Shown piece by piece: positions 53,911-62,926 of a stretch of DNA of 64,000 nt; the first letter of the stretch is position 1, and every line of letters starts with the position of its first letter. Below the pieces are notes generated by a model. The model had not been told where the DNA came from. It worked only from the letters and a program-made list of their open reading frames with translations, and did not search any database. The position numbers were made by a program, and so were the translations under genes. Source of the DNA: an uncultured Candidatus Saccharibacteria bacterium (lineage in GTDB: Bacteria > Patescibacteriota > Saccharimonadia > Saccharimonadales > UBA7683); the NCBI GenBank assembly GCA_964632215.1, contig CAZWBG010000003.1, positions 7,833-71,832 of the forward strand. The letters run 5' to 3'.

Positions 53911-54978
53911 GTGGCAATAGTATTACGAATTGAAAATCTACTAGAGCAAGTTATTAAGAACAAGGCTTCTGATTTGCATTTGCAAGTTGATCTTGCTCCA
54001 ATGCTTCGTATTGATGGAAAACTTGTTCCTGTGGCAAGCGCACCAATATTAACGGAAGAATTAGTTGAAAATCTAGTATTCGCTATTTTAGATGATGATC
54101 AAAAACAGGTACTTTTAAAAGATAAAGAGTTTGATTTTAGTTTTGCTTTTGGTGATCTTGGACGCTTCCGCGTGAATGCTTTTCATGAACGAGGTAACCT
54201 GGCGGCTGCTCTACGTCTTATTCCTAATGAAATCCTCTCGCTTGAGCAGCTTGGTTTACCAAATACGGTGAATAAGTTCTCCGAATATCCGCGAGGGTTG
54301 GTATTGGTAACGGGACCAACTGGTTCGGGTAAATCTACGACGCTCGCTGCGCTTGTAGACAAAATTAACACCGAACGGGCAGAGCACATTATTACTATTG
54401 AAGATCCAATTGAATATACCCATAAATCGAAGAAATCGGTTGTTGTGCAGCGAGAGGTACACTACGATACCTACTCATTTAGTGCAGCACTGCGCTCGAG
54501 TCTGCGTCAAGATCCAGACGTCGTACTAATCGGTGAGATGCGTGATCTTGAAACTATCTCCGCGGCAATTACGATTGCTGAAACCGGACACCTGGTGTTC
54601 GCAACACTACATACCAACTCGGCAGCTCAATCAATCGACCGTATGATAGATGTTTTTCCACCGCATCAACAGCCTCAGGTTAGAGCACAGCTTTCGAACA
54701 TCCTAATGGCTATTTGTTCCCAGCGGTTGATACCGACTATTGGTGGGGGCCGTATTGCAGCATCCGAGATACTTATTGCTACTCCAGCCGTCCGTAATAT
54801 TATTCGTGAAGGCAAGAGTCACCAGTTGGATGCAGTTATTCAGACTGGGGCAGATTACGGAATGCAGTCTATGGATCGCACTCTAGTTTCACTTATAAAA
54901 GCCGGAACTATCACCTATGATGATGCAAAAACCTTTGCTGTGGATCTTGAAGAATTCGAACGCTTAATGAGAGGTTAA
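53911..54978 (+). CDS. pilT: Type IV pilus retraction ATPase PilT
   Basis: 'ASDLHLQV', Walker A 'TGPTGSGKSTTLAA', 'GHLVFATLHTNSAAQSIDR', and PilT motif 'AVRNIIREGKSHQL'. Confidence 0.9.
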   Translation: MAIVLRIENLLEQVIKNKASDLHLQVDLAPMLRIDGKLVPVASAPILTEELVENLVFAILDDDQKQVLLKDKEFDFSFAFGDLGRFRVNAFHERGNLAAALRLIPNEILSLEQLGLPNTVNKFSEYPRGLVLVTGPTGSGKSTTLAALVDKINTERAEHIITIEDPIEYTHKSKKSVVVQREVHYDTYSFSAALRSSLRQDPDVVLIGEMRDLETISAAITIAETGHLVFATLHTNSAAQSIDRMIDVFPPHQQPQVRAQLSNILMAICSQRLIPTIGGGRIAASEILIATPAVRNIIREGKSHQLDAVIQTGADYGMQSMDRTLVSLIKAGTITYDDAKTFAVDLEEFERLMRG

Positions 54979-54985
54979 TGATACG

Positions 54986-56197
54986 ATGATTACTTTTCAA
55001 TACGTTGCAAAAAATAACAAAGGACAAGCAGTCAAGGGTCTTGTAGAGGCGGATACCGAAGATTCAGCTGCTAAACTATTACTAGAACAGGGTCTTAATC
55101 CGATTGATATTAAACTCAAGAACCAGGGCAGTGGCGTGCTTTCTATAGTGACGAATCGAATCGGTAGTAAGGATCGGATTATCTTTACGAGACAACTAGC
55201 TACACTTATTAACGCCGGACTACCACTTACGCAGAGTCTCCGAACGGTGGCCGAGCAAACAAATAGCAAGCCTTTGGCGGTTATTGTGAATCAAGTTATT
55301 GCTTCGGTAGAGGGTGGAACAACACTCTCTGATTCGTTGGCAAAATTTCCTAAGGTCTTTAACGACGTTTACATTGCTTTGGTAGCAGCTGGAGAGACCT
55401 CCGGTACGCTCGACCAAGCCTTAGAGCGTATTGCCAATCAGCAGGAAAAAGATGCCGATATGATCAGTAAGGTGCGAGGGGCATTGGTTTATCCAGTCAT
55501 TGTTACATTAGTTATTGTTGGTGTGGTGGTCTTCTTATTGACAACAGTTGTGCCGCAGATTGAGCTACTGTATAAGGATTTTGACAAACAACTACCACTC
55601 CTCACGGGTATCTTGATTAGTATAGCTAAACTTATTACTAACTTCTGGTGGCTGATACTTCTGATATTAGCCGGTGTTGGATTCTTTCTGGCTCGTTGGT
55701 TTAAAACAAAAGCAGGTGAACGATTTGCTGATGCTACGAAGATGAGAATTCCACTCTTTGGAGACCTCTTCCATAAGCTGTACATGGCTCGCTTTTGTCG
55801 CACTGGGCAGACATTGATGGCTAGTGGTGTGCCAATGCTAGAGATGCTGCGTATTACGGCTCGTGCTGTGGACAATGTGTATATTGCTGAGGCGATAGCG
55901 AGGGCTTCGGAGAAGGTCAAGGGTGGTAAGCCACTTTCTGAGGCCTTAAAGCAAGAACCGGTATTTCTGCCCCTTGTTTCACAGATGTTAAAAGTTGGAG
56001 AACAATCTGGATCAATCGACCAGATGATGGACAAGGCAGCAACTTACTACGAGAATGAGCTCGATAATAAGATTAAGACTATTAGTACTACTATTGAGCC
56101 AGTGCTCATGGTGTTGTTAGCTGTTGTGGTAGGTGGTATTGTGCTTGCTATCTTGGTGCCGGTGTATAACCTTGCAAGTGAAAACCTCTCGACCTAG
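54986..56197 (+). CDS. pilC: Type IV pilus platform protein PilC (GspF family)
   Basis: Two T2SSF repeats ('FTRQLATLINAGLPLTQSL', 'FCRTGQTLMASGVPMLEML') and three TM segments. Confidence 0.88.
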   Translation: MITFQYVAKNNKGQAVKGLVEADTEDSAAKLLLEQGLNPIDIKLKNQGSGVLSIVTNRIGSKDRIIFTRQLATLINAGLPLTQSLRTVAEQTNSKPLAVIVNQVIASVEGGTTLSDSLAKFPKVFNDVYIALVAAGETSGTLDQALERIANQQEKDADMISKVRGALVYPVIVTLVIVGVVVFLLTTVVPQIELLYKDFDKQLPLLTGILISIAKLITNFWWLILLILAGVGFFLARWFKTKAGERFADATKMRIPLFGDLFHKLYMARFCRTGQTLMASGVPMLEMLRITARAVDNVYIAEAIARASEKVKGGKPLSEALKQEPVFLPLVSQMLKVGEQSGSIDQMMDKAATYYENELDNKIKTISTTIEPVLMVLLAVVVGGIVLAILVPVYNLASENLST

Positions 56198-56233
56198 TCG
56201 AGGCAGCCTTACTACAAAGGCTCAAAAAAAGGC

Positions 56234-56261
56234 TTGACTAGTAGTCGGGTATGGTTATAAT
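56234..56261 (+). promoter_or_regulatory. Promoter of pilin gene 1 (TTGACT-16-TATAAT)
   Basis: -35 at 56234-56239, -10 at 56256-56261. The leader carries an SD (AAAGGG). Confidence 0.6.
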
Positions 56262-56292
56262 AAGCATTAGCAATTAACAGTTTAACGTGAGA

Positions 56293-56392
56293 AAGGGTGT
56301 GGTATGAGTAGTAAATTGAACAAAAAAGGTTTTACCTTGATCGAAGTAGTGTTAGTGCTTGCAATCGGAGGCTTGATCTTCCTGTTAGCATT
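56293..56392 (+). repeat. Pilin 5' cassette, copy in pilin 1 (100 nt identical to 57488-57587)
   Basis: Character-by-character identity covers the SD, start codon, leader peptide and N-terminal helix. Confidence 0.9.
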
Positions 56393-56786
56393 CTTAGCAT
56401 TCCAACAAGTACAAACAAACCGTCGTGATACAGAACGACGTAGTGCAGCAGGACGAGTTGTTGCTGAATTACAAAATTATAAAGGGGATACGGGCTCACT
56501 CCCTGCGGCTTCAGCAGCAGTTACTCCGAATATATGTGCTGCACCAAGCTCGGCAGGTACAGCCTTCCAAGACTTTATGTGGGGCTATCTCTGCGGCAAG
56601 GTCACTACTGGCTTTGTCTCCCCTCAGGGTAACTACACTACTATAGCCTCTGGTACACCTACAAAAGATCAAATCTTGTTTGTTAAAGATGTCAAATGTA
56701 GTGGTAATACCACAACTGCAAGTACTGGTAATAGCGCGGTGCTTATAGGTCTTGAAAAAGGCGTAGTTTGTCGAGACGATAGTTAG
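56304..56786 (+). CDS. Type IV pilin (paralog 1)
   Basis: Class III signal 'MSSKLNKKG|FTLIEVVLVLAIGGLIF' with Glu at +5. A C-terminal Cys pair is present. Confidence 0.88.
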   Translation: MSSKLNKKGFTLIEVVLVLAIGGLIFLLAFLAFQQVQTNRRDTERRSAAGRVVAELQNYKGDTGSLPAASAAVTPNICAAPSSAGTAFQDFMWGYLCGKVTTGFVSPQGNYTTIASGTPTKDQILFVKDVKCSGNTTTASTGNSAVLIGLEKGVVCRDDS

Positions 56787-56808
56787 GTCAAGCTGATTGA
56801 CACAATAA

Positions 56809-56835
56809 AAATACACCCGTATGGGTGTATTTTTT
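56809..56835 (+). terminator. Rho-independent terminator after pilin 1
   Basis: 10-bp stem (aaatacaccc / gggtgtattt), loop gtat, then a T-run. Confidence 0.8.
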
Positions 56836-56883
56836 ATCACCATTATCTATAATAAGCATGAGGGCAATAAATGACGGAGTGGT

Positions 56884-57426
56884 ATGGGTAAATTGAACAG
56901 AAGAGGTCTTAGCTTGAGCTCGTCGGAAGGTTTTACCTTGATCGAAGTAGTGTTAGTGCTTGCAATCGGAGGCTTGATCTTCCTGTTAGCATTTCTTGCC
57001 TTTCGGCAGGTGACGGTTAACCGCCGCGACACACAACGCCGTGCTGACGCGGCAAGAATAATAGTAGAGCTACAGAACTATTACACCAATAACTATAAAG
57101 ATCCTGACTTATTTCCTACCCCTGGCTCTCCCGGGCTTGCAGCAAGTGCAACCTGTGATCCTGACGAAACCAGCCCATTTATGCTGTTTCTTACTACATA
57201 TATGTGTAAGGATGGCGAGTTTAAATCTCCAAGTGGAGACAACTACAGCACTCGTCGTTACAACCATGCCTTATTAGATAGTGGGGGTACGGATATGATA
57301 CGTTATATCAATAAAGCGACCTGCAACGCCGATTACCCCGGAGGGCCTACTGTGTTGGGTTCAGTCAGGGTAGATATCGGCCTAGAAAACGGCAGCTGGG
57401 TCTGTCGCGATCTAAAAACTCAATAG
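56884..57426 (+). CDS. Type IV pilin (paralog 2, longer leader peptide)
   Basis: 'MGKLNRRGLSLSSSEG|FTLIEVVLVLAIGGLIF'. The globular domain is divergent. The C-terminus reads 'GSVRVDIGLENGSWVCRD'. Confidence 0.85.
   Translation: MGKLNRRGLSLSSSEGFTLIEVVLVLAIGGLIFLLAFLAFRQVTVNRRDTQRRADAARIIVELQNYYTNNYKDPDLFPTPGSPGLAASATCDPDETSPFMLFLTTYMCKDGEFKSPSGDNYSTRRYNHALLDSGGTDMIRYINKATCNADYPGGPTVLGSVRVDIGLENGSWVCRDLKTQ
56927..57049 (+). repeat. Pilin 5' cassette, copy in pilin 2 (123 nt identical to 57521-57643)
   Basis: Identity is perfect by eye from 'aaggttttacc' to 'gtgctgacg'. Confidence 0.9.
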
Positions 57427-57443
57427 GACTAAAACTCGGGACT

Positions 57444-57475
57444 GTTTATTTTACTGAACGTTTCGGTTATGCTTA
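57444..57475 (+). repeat. Duplicated copy of the pilin/pilD junction including the first 7 nt of pilD
   Basis: gtttattttac-N6-tttcggttATGCTTA matches 58039-58070 at 28/32 positions. Here the ATG opens only a 3-codon frame. Confidence 0.75.
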
Positions 57476-57487
57476 TATAGACGTATG

Positions 57488-57643
57488 AAGGGTGTGGTAT
57501 GAGTAGTAAATTGAACAAAAAAGGTTTTACCTTGATCGAAGTAGTGTTAGTGCTTGCAATCGGAGGCTTGATCTTCCTGTTAGCATTTCTTGCCTTTCGG
57601 CAGGTGACGGTTAACCGCCGCGACACACAACGCCGTGCTGACG
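57488..57643 (+). repeat. Pilin 5' cassette in pilin 3: mosaic of the pilin 1 and pilin 2 copies
   Basis: 57488-57587 equals the pilin 1 copy and 57521-57643 equals the pilin 2 copy. The 67-nt core is shared by all three. Confidence 0.9.
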
Positions 57644-58017
57644 GCGCTCGAATTATAGCCGAATTGCAGAATTATTATGTCACAAATGGAAAATATCCTT
57701 TACAGACCAACGTTCCAGAACGAAGTGCAAGCCAGTCGTGCACTCCGCGCTCACCAGAAGACATCGGGAACTTTATAGATTTCTTAAGTGTACATATGTG
57801 CCAAGACGGATTCTTTGAGGCACCAGATGGTAACTACGCTACAGCCCACTACAATAATGCATTGAGTAGCTCATCACCAGTAAATAAGATTAGATATAAA
57901 ACAAACGCCAGCTGTGACTACGAGTATCCAGGTGGAGATAACGTGCCAGGCTCAGTACGGGTAGATATTGGACTTGAGAATGGAAATTGGGTTTGTAGAG
58001 ACTCCAAGGGTCGATAA
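57499..58017 (+). CDS. Type IV pilin (paralog 3, mosaic of 1 and 2)
   Basis: The leader is identical to pilin 1, and the following helix 'RQVTVNRRDTQRRAD' is identical to pilin 2. The C-terminus reads 'GSVRVDIGLENGNWVCRD'. Confidence 0.88.
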   Translation: MSSKLNKKGFTLIEVVLVLAIGGLIFLLAFLAFRQVTVNRRDTQRRADGARIIAELQNYYVTNGKYPLQTNVPERSASQSCTPRSPEDIGNFIDFLSVHMCQDGFFEAPDGNYATAHYNNALSSSSPVNKIRYKTNASCDYEYPGGDNVPGSVRVDIGLENGNWVCRDSKGR

Positions 58018-58038
58018 TAGTGCATTCATACACCCAAG

Positions 58039-58070
58039 GTTTATTTTACGGTAGTTTTCGGTTATGCTTA
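58039..58070 (+). repeat. Original pilin/pilD junction (partner of 57444-57475)
   Basis: Same motif. Here the ATG at 58064 is the pilD start. Confidence 0.75.
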
Positions 58071-58894
58071 GTGTAATGCAGTACGTACTTATCTTTATAT
58101 TGGGCTTAGCTTTGGGAAGTTTTGTGAATGCACTGGTGTGGCGTGTTCATGAGCAAGCACATAAAAAGGGTGCTAAAAGTAAAGACCTATCAATTCTGAC
58201 GGGGCGTTCTATGTGCCCTGATTGTAAACATACGCTTTCGGCTATGGATCTCATCCCGGTTATTAGCTGGGTAGGCCTAAGAGGTAAGTGTCGATACTGT
58301 AAAAAGTCAATTTCATGGCAGTATCCACTCGTAGAGTTACTTGTGGCAGCAGCACTGAGTGTATCGTTCTATGTCTGGCCATACGTGCTAAGTGGTGCTC
58401 TTGGCTACCCACTTTTTATTATCTGGGCAATGATCATCGTTTTGTTCGCTGCACTAACGGTGTATGACCTTCGGTGGATGCTATTACCCAATAGACTCAT
58501 ATACCCAACTGGTGCGCTAACGGCAGGTTTTGTACTTCTCAGCAGCTTGATCTTGGGCTCTTGGCAACCGATAACCTCAGGTTTAATTGGAGCGTTGATT
58601 GCTGGCGGTTTTTTCTGGCTTATGTACCAGATTTCTCACGGTAAATGGATTGGTGGGGGAGATGTGAGACTCGGTTTTCTACTCGGCTTATTACTCGGTT
58701 GGCAACAGACACTCATGGCTCTATCACTTGCAGCTTATCTATCGCTTGCCGTTATTATTGTCATCGTACTCTTGGGTAGATATCATAAACGTATGCGCCT
58801 ACCGTTCGGGCCATTTTTAATTGTCGCAGCTTACATAAGCCTCCTTTGGGGTTCGTATGTTATTGATTGGTATTTGCGACTTGCTGGCCTCTAA
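58064..58894 (+). CDS. pilD: Prepilin peptidase (A24 family) PilD
   Basis: N-terminal Cys pairs 'CPDCKH...CRYCKK'. Catalytic Asp contexts 'DLRWMLLPN' and 'GGGDVRLG'. Polytopic membrane protein. Confidence 0.88.
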   Translation: MLSVMQYVLIFILGLALGSFVNALVWRVHEQAHKKGAKSKDLSILTGRSMCPDCKHTLSAMDLIPVISWVGLRGKCRYCKKSISWQYPLVELLVAAALSVSFYVWPYVLSGALGYPLFIIWAMIIVLFAALTVYDLRWMLLPNRLIYPTGALTAGFVLLSSLILGSWQPITSGLIGALIAGGFFWLMYQISHGKWIGGGDVRLGFLLGLLLGWQQTLMALSLAAYLSLAVIIVIVLLGRYHKRMRLPFGPFLIVAAYISLLWGSYVIDWYLRLAGL

Positions 58895-58936
58895 AATGAT
58901 ACTGCTTATGCTACAATATACTCTAAGGAGAACGTA

Positions 58937-59677
58937 GTGAATAGATACGGTTATACACTGCTTGAAGTAACACTTTTCTTAGCAATTTCAGGAGCACTTG
59001 CGGTAGTTGCTCTTATAGGCTTAGGTCCACGTTTGACGAACGTTCGATTTACAGATGCCGTACGCTCGCTTGAGTCAACGAGCACCAAACAACTGCGTAG
59101 TTTTCAAGCGGGTGAGAATGTGCGGGAATCTGTACGTAAATGTGTAGCGGTAGATGGTCCACCAATAAGAGTTAGCTTCTCTTCTCCTTCGGGTACGGTC
59201 TCGGGAGTCGGTGCAGAAGAGGCCTGTGTCTTAAATGGGAAAGTAGCAATTTTTAAGCAAGATGGCGTAGATTACTACCCAATTGTTTCGCGTAGAAGTG
59301 CACCTACAGGTTGTCCTGTATCTGCAAACCCACTTCTTTGTTACGGCCCGACGATTGTTAACAATGCATACGCTGGAATTTCAAAGCAAATAAGTTTGTA
59401 TCGAAATGGGGCCACAAACCAGGCGCCTGCGACTGCGGCATACGGCTATCTGCAAGATCCGAATAGCACGCGTATCTATCCTTTTGTTATCCCATCTGAC
59501 CAACTGACAACAGAAATTATTAATGATGCTGACAATGTACAACTTGGTGCAGTTAATACTCAATTTACTACAGATCAACAGGCATGCGTAAATTTGAGAC
59601 TTGGATCTCGACAGGCGAGGATTCTTTATAAGACAAACTCTCTTACGCCAGAGACAACTTTTGAGATGGGGTGCTAA
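58937..59677 (+). CDS. Minor pilin-like protein
   Basis: 'MNRYG|YTLLEVTLFLAISGALAVV' class III signal. GTG start after AAGGAG. Confidence 0.65.
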   Translation: MNRYGYTLLEVTLFLAISGALAVVALIGLGPRLTNVRFTDAVRSLESTSTKQLRSFQAGENVRESVRKCVAVDGPPIRVSFSSPSGTVSGVGAEEACVLNGKVAIFKQDGVDYYPIVSRRSAPTGCPVSANPLLCYGPTIVNNAYAGISKQISLYRNGATNQAPATAAYGYLQDPNSTRIYPFVIPSDQLTTEIINDADNVQLGAVNTQFTTDQQACVNLRLGSRQARILYKTNSLTPETTFEMGC

Positions 59678-59679
59678 TC

Positions 59680-60198
59680 ATGAGAGTATTTAAAAGAATT
59701 TTACAAGATGGTGACACAATTGTTGAGGTTATGTTGGCCCTCTCGACCCTCTCTCTTATTCTTTTCATCTCTTGGGGTGTGACTAACCGTGCCACACAAA
59801 TTAGTCTCAATGCTCGTAAGCGCATCGAGATGGTTAATCAGATCAAAGAACAGGCCGAGATCATCAAATCACTCCATGCTACAAATGGTACAGACTCAAC
59901 GATCTTTCAAGAAAAAGTTGTGGGTACGCAGTTACCAGAAGATGTTGCAAATCTGAACCCGTGCGAAGAGCCAAGAACTTCTGAGGGCGTACCAAGAAAC
60001 GCATCTTACCTTTCCGTAACAAATGCCGAGACGGTCTCAAGTCCAGGAGTTAAAGTCGTTGATGATACTTCAAGTGTTTGGATACAGTACAGTCAGGGTG
60101 CGGGGTACATAGACTTTTATGTACGTGGTTGTTGGTTAAGTACTGGTGGCACACAAAAAGAAGAAAATTCACAATTTGTAGTAAGGCTTAACACATGA
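59680..60198 (+). CDS. Minor pilin-like protein
   Basis: '...QDG|DTIVEVMLALSTLSLILF' is an atypical prepilin-like N-terminus with Glu at +5. The start may be GTG 59671 or ATG 59680. Confidence 0.5.
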   Translation: MRVFKRILQDGDTIVEVMLALSTLSLILFISWGVTNRATQISLNARKRIEMVNQIKEQAEIIKSLHATNGTDSTIFQEKVVGTQLPEDVANLNPCEEPRTSEGVPRNASYLSVTNAETVSSPGVKVVDDTSSVWIQYSQGAGYIDFYVRGCWLSTGGTQKEENSQFVVRLNT

Positions 60199-60809
60199 GT
60201 ACCCTGCGTAACGACAGCAAGGGCTTTACACTTATTGAGTTGATGCTTGCAATGGCCCTTTTTATCACAGTTCTTATACTTTCCACCGTGGGTTTTATAG
60301 AAATGAACCGTACTTTCTCACGTGGCTTGGTGCGAAAACAACTTTCTGAGAGTGTGCAGCGTACTACCGAAGAGGTGACGAGAGCTGTTCGTGCGAGTCC
60401 CGTTAATACATTGCCGGGTAACTGTCAGACTTCAGGACAGACTGATTGTCCCGCAGATGGTTGGAAGGCACTCTGTTTTATATCAGTTCGTTTTCTATGG
60501 AAGACAGACGCCGAGCCATACGGGCTATATACTGATAATAAAGGATGCCAAGATGGGGTAGATACGAGTAGTGCGAATCAGATTATGGGTAGTCGTTATA
60601 AGGTTAGTGATCTACAAGTAGGGGACCTAGTGGACGATCTTTACAGGGTATCAGGTGTTTTCAGAACATCTGATGATGAGGCAATTGTAGATCTCGCAGA
60701 CCCGAGTATTATGCGTTGTAAGGGCACAAGCCAGTCACCGCTCGTCCGTAGTTGCGCGGTAGAGAGGTTTAATTTTATCGTAAATGCTCGAGGAGGGACT
60801 AGTCAATGA
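60195..60809 (+). CDS. Minor pilin-like protein
   Basis: 'MSTLRNDSKG|FTLIELMLAMALFITVL'. 4-nt overlap with the upstream gene. Confidence 0.7.
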   Translation: MSTLRNDSKGFTLIELMLAMALFITVLILSTVGFIEMNRTFSRGLVRKQLSESVQRTTEEVTRAVRASPVNTLPGNCQTSGQTDCPADGWKALCFISVRFLWKTDAEPYGLYTDNKGCQDGVDTSSANQIMGSRYKVSDLQVGDLVDDLYRVSGVFRTSDDEAIVDLADPSIMRCKGTSQSPLVRSCAVERFNFIVNARGGTSQ

Positions 60810-61981
60810 AGCGTTTAAATCAGTCAGGTGCGGTTTCATTACTGAGTGTGGTTGTATTTTCGCTCATTATTACAGTTATTGTGACGGTGTATTTACGGGT
60901 TGGGTTAGATTTGCAGCAAGAAGCGAATAACTATGATTTTAGTACAAGAGCTTATTATGCTGCTGAGTCGGGCGTGCAAGATGCAGTTCGCGGTTTGAAC
61001 GCCAATCCTTTACTCCTTACTACGGGTCAAGATACTTGTAAGACTTCTGGTGGTTCATATGTCGGTGGTACAGGGGATCTTGGTAATGGCATGGGCTATA
61101 CTTGCCAATTAATCGACACAAAGGTAGATGAAATCACGGGTAGTACGGCGAATGGTCCGGTTACGGTTCGGATTCGCCCCGAAGCTCCTGTCTCAACTGA
61201 CCAGTACGCACTCAGCATTAATTGGTCTAAGCGCTATGATCCAAGCGACGGCGCAAATGTCGGATATATACCCTTGGTGCCGCGTGATGACGCACCAAGC
61301 CGCCTCTTTCCACCAGAAGCTAACTGGAGAGCAGACGACCCAGACCTTGGTAACGCCGCGGTACATCCTGTCATGCGAACAACTTTACTATCTGTCCCTA
61401 CGACCAATATTACAAGCAGTAATATCTTACAAAAAGTATACTTTTTAAACCCAACTACTGAAAACTCGGGAGCGGTTGCACCGAGTAGCCTGCTTGATGC
61501 ACAAGATTTTTCGGCCCAGGCGGCAGAATCAATTGTTCAGAATGTGAAATGCTATCGTAACGACACAGAGGATGTGTACATTCCAGGACTAGACTTTAAC
61601 GGATACTCTTGCAAGCGATCACTCTTCTTTAGTGGAAGTTTATATAATAGTAACGACCTTTACGTTCGGCTGAGTAGTATATATGGAGCTACAGACTTTA
61701 GTATCACACTTCATAAATATACGCAGGCCAGTGACACGCTTGGTGATATGCAAAAACTCATTGGGTCACAAGCCACTATAGACGTAACAGGAAAAGCTGG
61801 TGACACCTTTCGCCGTGTAAAGCAGACGGTTCCAATTGGAACAGGTTATAGTGTAGATATGTTCCCAGAGGCTGCTCTTGTAGCTGGAGATGGTATATGT
61901 AAATATTTCAGCATTGGAGCATCCGCGGCACAATTTAGCTCGGGCTGTAATCCAACGAACCCACCGTACTACGGACCATAG
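60806..61981 (+). CDS. Large pilus-associated protein (PilX-like N-terminus, no Glu+5)
   Basis: 'QSGAVSLLSVVVFSLIITVIV' hydrophobic N-terminus. At 391 aa it is the last gene of the pil operon, with a 4-nt overlap. Confidence 0.5.
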   Translation: MKRLNQSGAVSLLSVVVFSLIITVIVTVYLRVGLDLQQEANNYDFSTRAYYAAESGVQDAVRGLNANPLLLTTGQDTCKTSGGSYVGGTGDLGNGMGYTCQLIDTKVDEITGSTANGPVTVRIRPEAPVSTDQYALSINWSKRYDPSDGANVGYIPLVPRDDAPSRLFPPEANWRADDPDLGNAAVHPVMRTTLLSVPTTNITSSNILQKVYFLNPTTENSGAVAPSSLLDAQDFSAQAAESIVQNVKCYRNDTEDVYIPGLDFNGYSCKRSLFFSGSLYNSNDLYVRLSSIYGATDFSITLHKYTQASDTLGDMQKLIGSQATIDVTGKAGDTFRRVKQTVPIGTGYSVDMFPEAALVAGDGICKYFSIGASAAQFSSGCNPTNPPYYGP

Positions 61982-61987
61982 CCGTTA

Positions 61988-62914
61988 CTAACTAGGTTTA
62001 ATGTCTTTATGGAACTTCCGGTGAACTTCTTTTAGGTGTGGATCTGTAACGTGTGTATAGATCTGTGTTGTTGATATATCGCTGTGTCCAAGCATTGTCT
62101 GTACGCTGCGTATATCAGCGCCGTTCATGAGTAGGTCGGTTGCAAAACTATGTCGCATAGTGTGAGGTGTTACTTTTTTAATAATGCCAGCTAATTTTGC
62201 GTACCGTTGAACAATACGCTGGATACTACGGGGTGTTAATCGCAAGAAATCGCCACTCGTATCTTGCTCTTTTGTACCGCCGTAGCGAATAAATAGGGCG
62301 GGCGAGTTGTCTTGACGCTTGGTAATGTAAGCGTCTATCCAGTAGGCTGAAACCTCACTCATAAATATCGGCCGATCTTTCTGCCCTTTACCTCTAACCA
62401 CAAATTCTCGGCGTTTCGTACTAACGTGTGTACGATCTAAGCCGACAAGTTCTGAGACTCGCAGTCCGCCGCTAAAAAGAAGTTCAAGTAGGGTCCGATC
62501 ACGTAGTCCAATACTAGTAGAGGTATCTGGTTGAGCAAACAGTGCCTCTAGTTCGTCACGGTTTAAAAATGTCACTTGCTTACGTTTCGTACGCGCCAAT
62601 TCAACCTTGCTTGGCGAAAGGGAGTCAATTTCTCGTTTGGAACAAAACTTTAGAAAACTTCTTAGTGCAATAAGATGATAATTTTGTGTTGTAGTTGATA
62701 TGTCTTGGTCCGTATCTCGGTTTAATCTGTTAAGCCAGAGTCGCCATTTACGAACTGTCTCAGTAGTCATTTTTTCTACTTCAATATCTCCTGAAAACTC
62801 TACCAAACGCATAAGGTAGTGGTGATAATTTTCAATAGTCTTCTGTGAACGGTTTTGTTCAATCTCAAGGTATTCGAGAAACTCAATAATTGTGTCAGAA
62901 AGGTAGTGAGTCAT
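61988..62914 (-). CDS. Tyrosine recombinase XerC/XerD family
   Basis: N-terminal SAM-like core-binding domain. Catalytic 'GLRVSELVGL', 'TPHTMRHSFATDLLMNGADIRSVQTMLGHSDISTTQIYTHV' (R..H-R-Y set). Confidence 0.85.
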   Translation of the reverse strand: MTHYLSDTIIEFLEYLEIEQNRSQKTIENYHHYLMRLVEFSGDIEVEKMTTETVRKWRLWLNRLNRDTDQDISTTTQNYHLIALRSFLKFCSKREIDSLSPSKVELARTKRKQVTFLNRDELEALFAQPDTSTSIGLRDRTLLELLFSGGLRVSELVGLDRTHVSTKRREFVVRGKGQKDRPIFMSEVSAYWIDAYITKRQDNSPALFIRYGGTKEQDTSGDFLRLTPRSIQRIVQRYAKLAGIIKKVTPHTMRHSFATDLLMNGADIRSVQTMLGHSDISTTQIYTHVTDPHLKEVHRKFHKDIKPS

Positions 62915-62920
62915 ATTTGT

Positions 62921-62926
62921 ATTCTA
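62921..62926 (-). promoter_or_regulatory. -10 box (TAGAAT) 6 nt upstream of xer ATG; leaderless candidate
   Basis: The minus strand reads TAGAAT-acaaat-ATG. Confidence 0.4.

Noticed and set aside
61988-62914. The tyrosine recombinase, considered as the integrase responsible for the islands at the truB 3' end.
   Set aside because: It lies ~33 kb from the hotspot. It has the size and motif set of chromosomal XerC/XerD and is flanked by housekeeping genes, so it is more likely the dimer-resolution recombinase.
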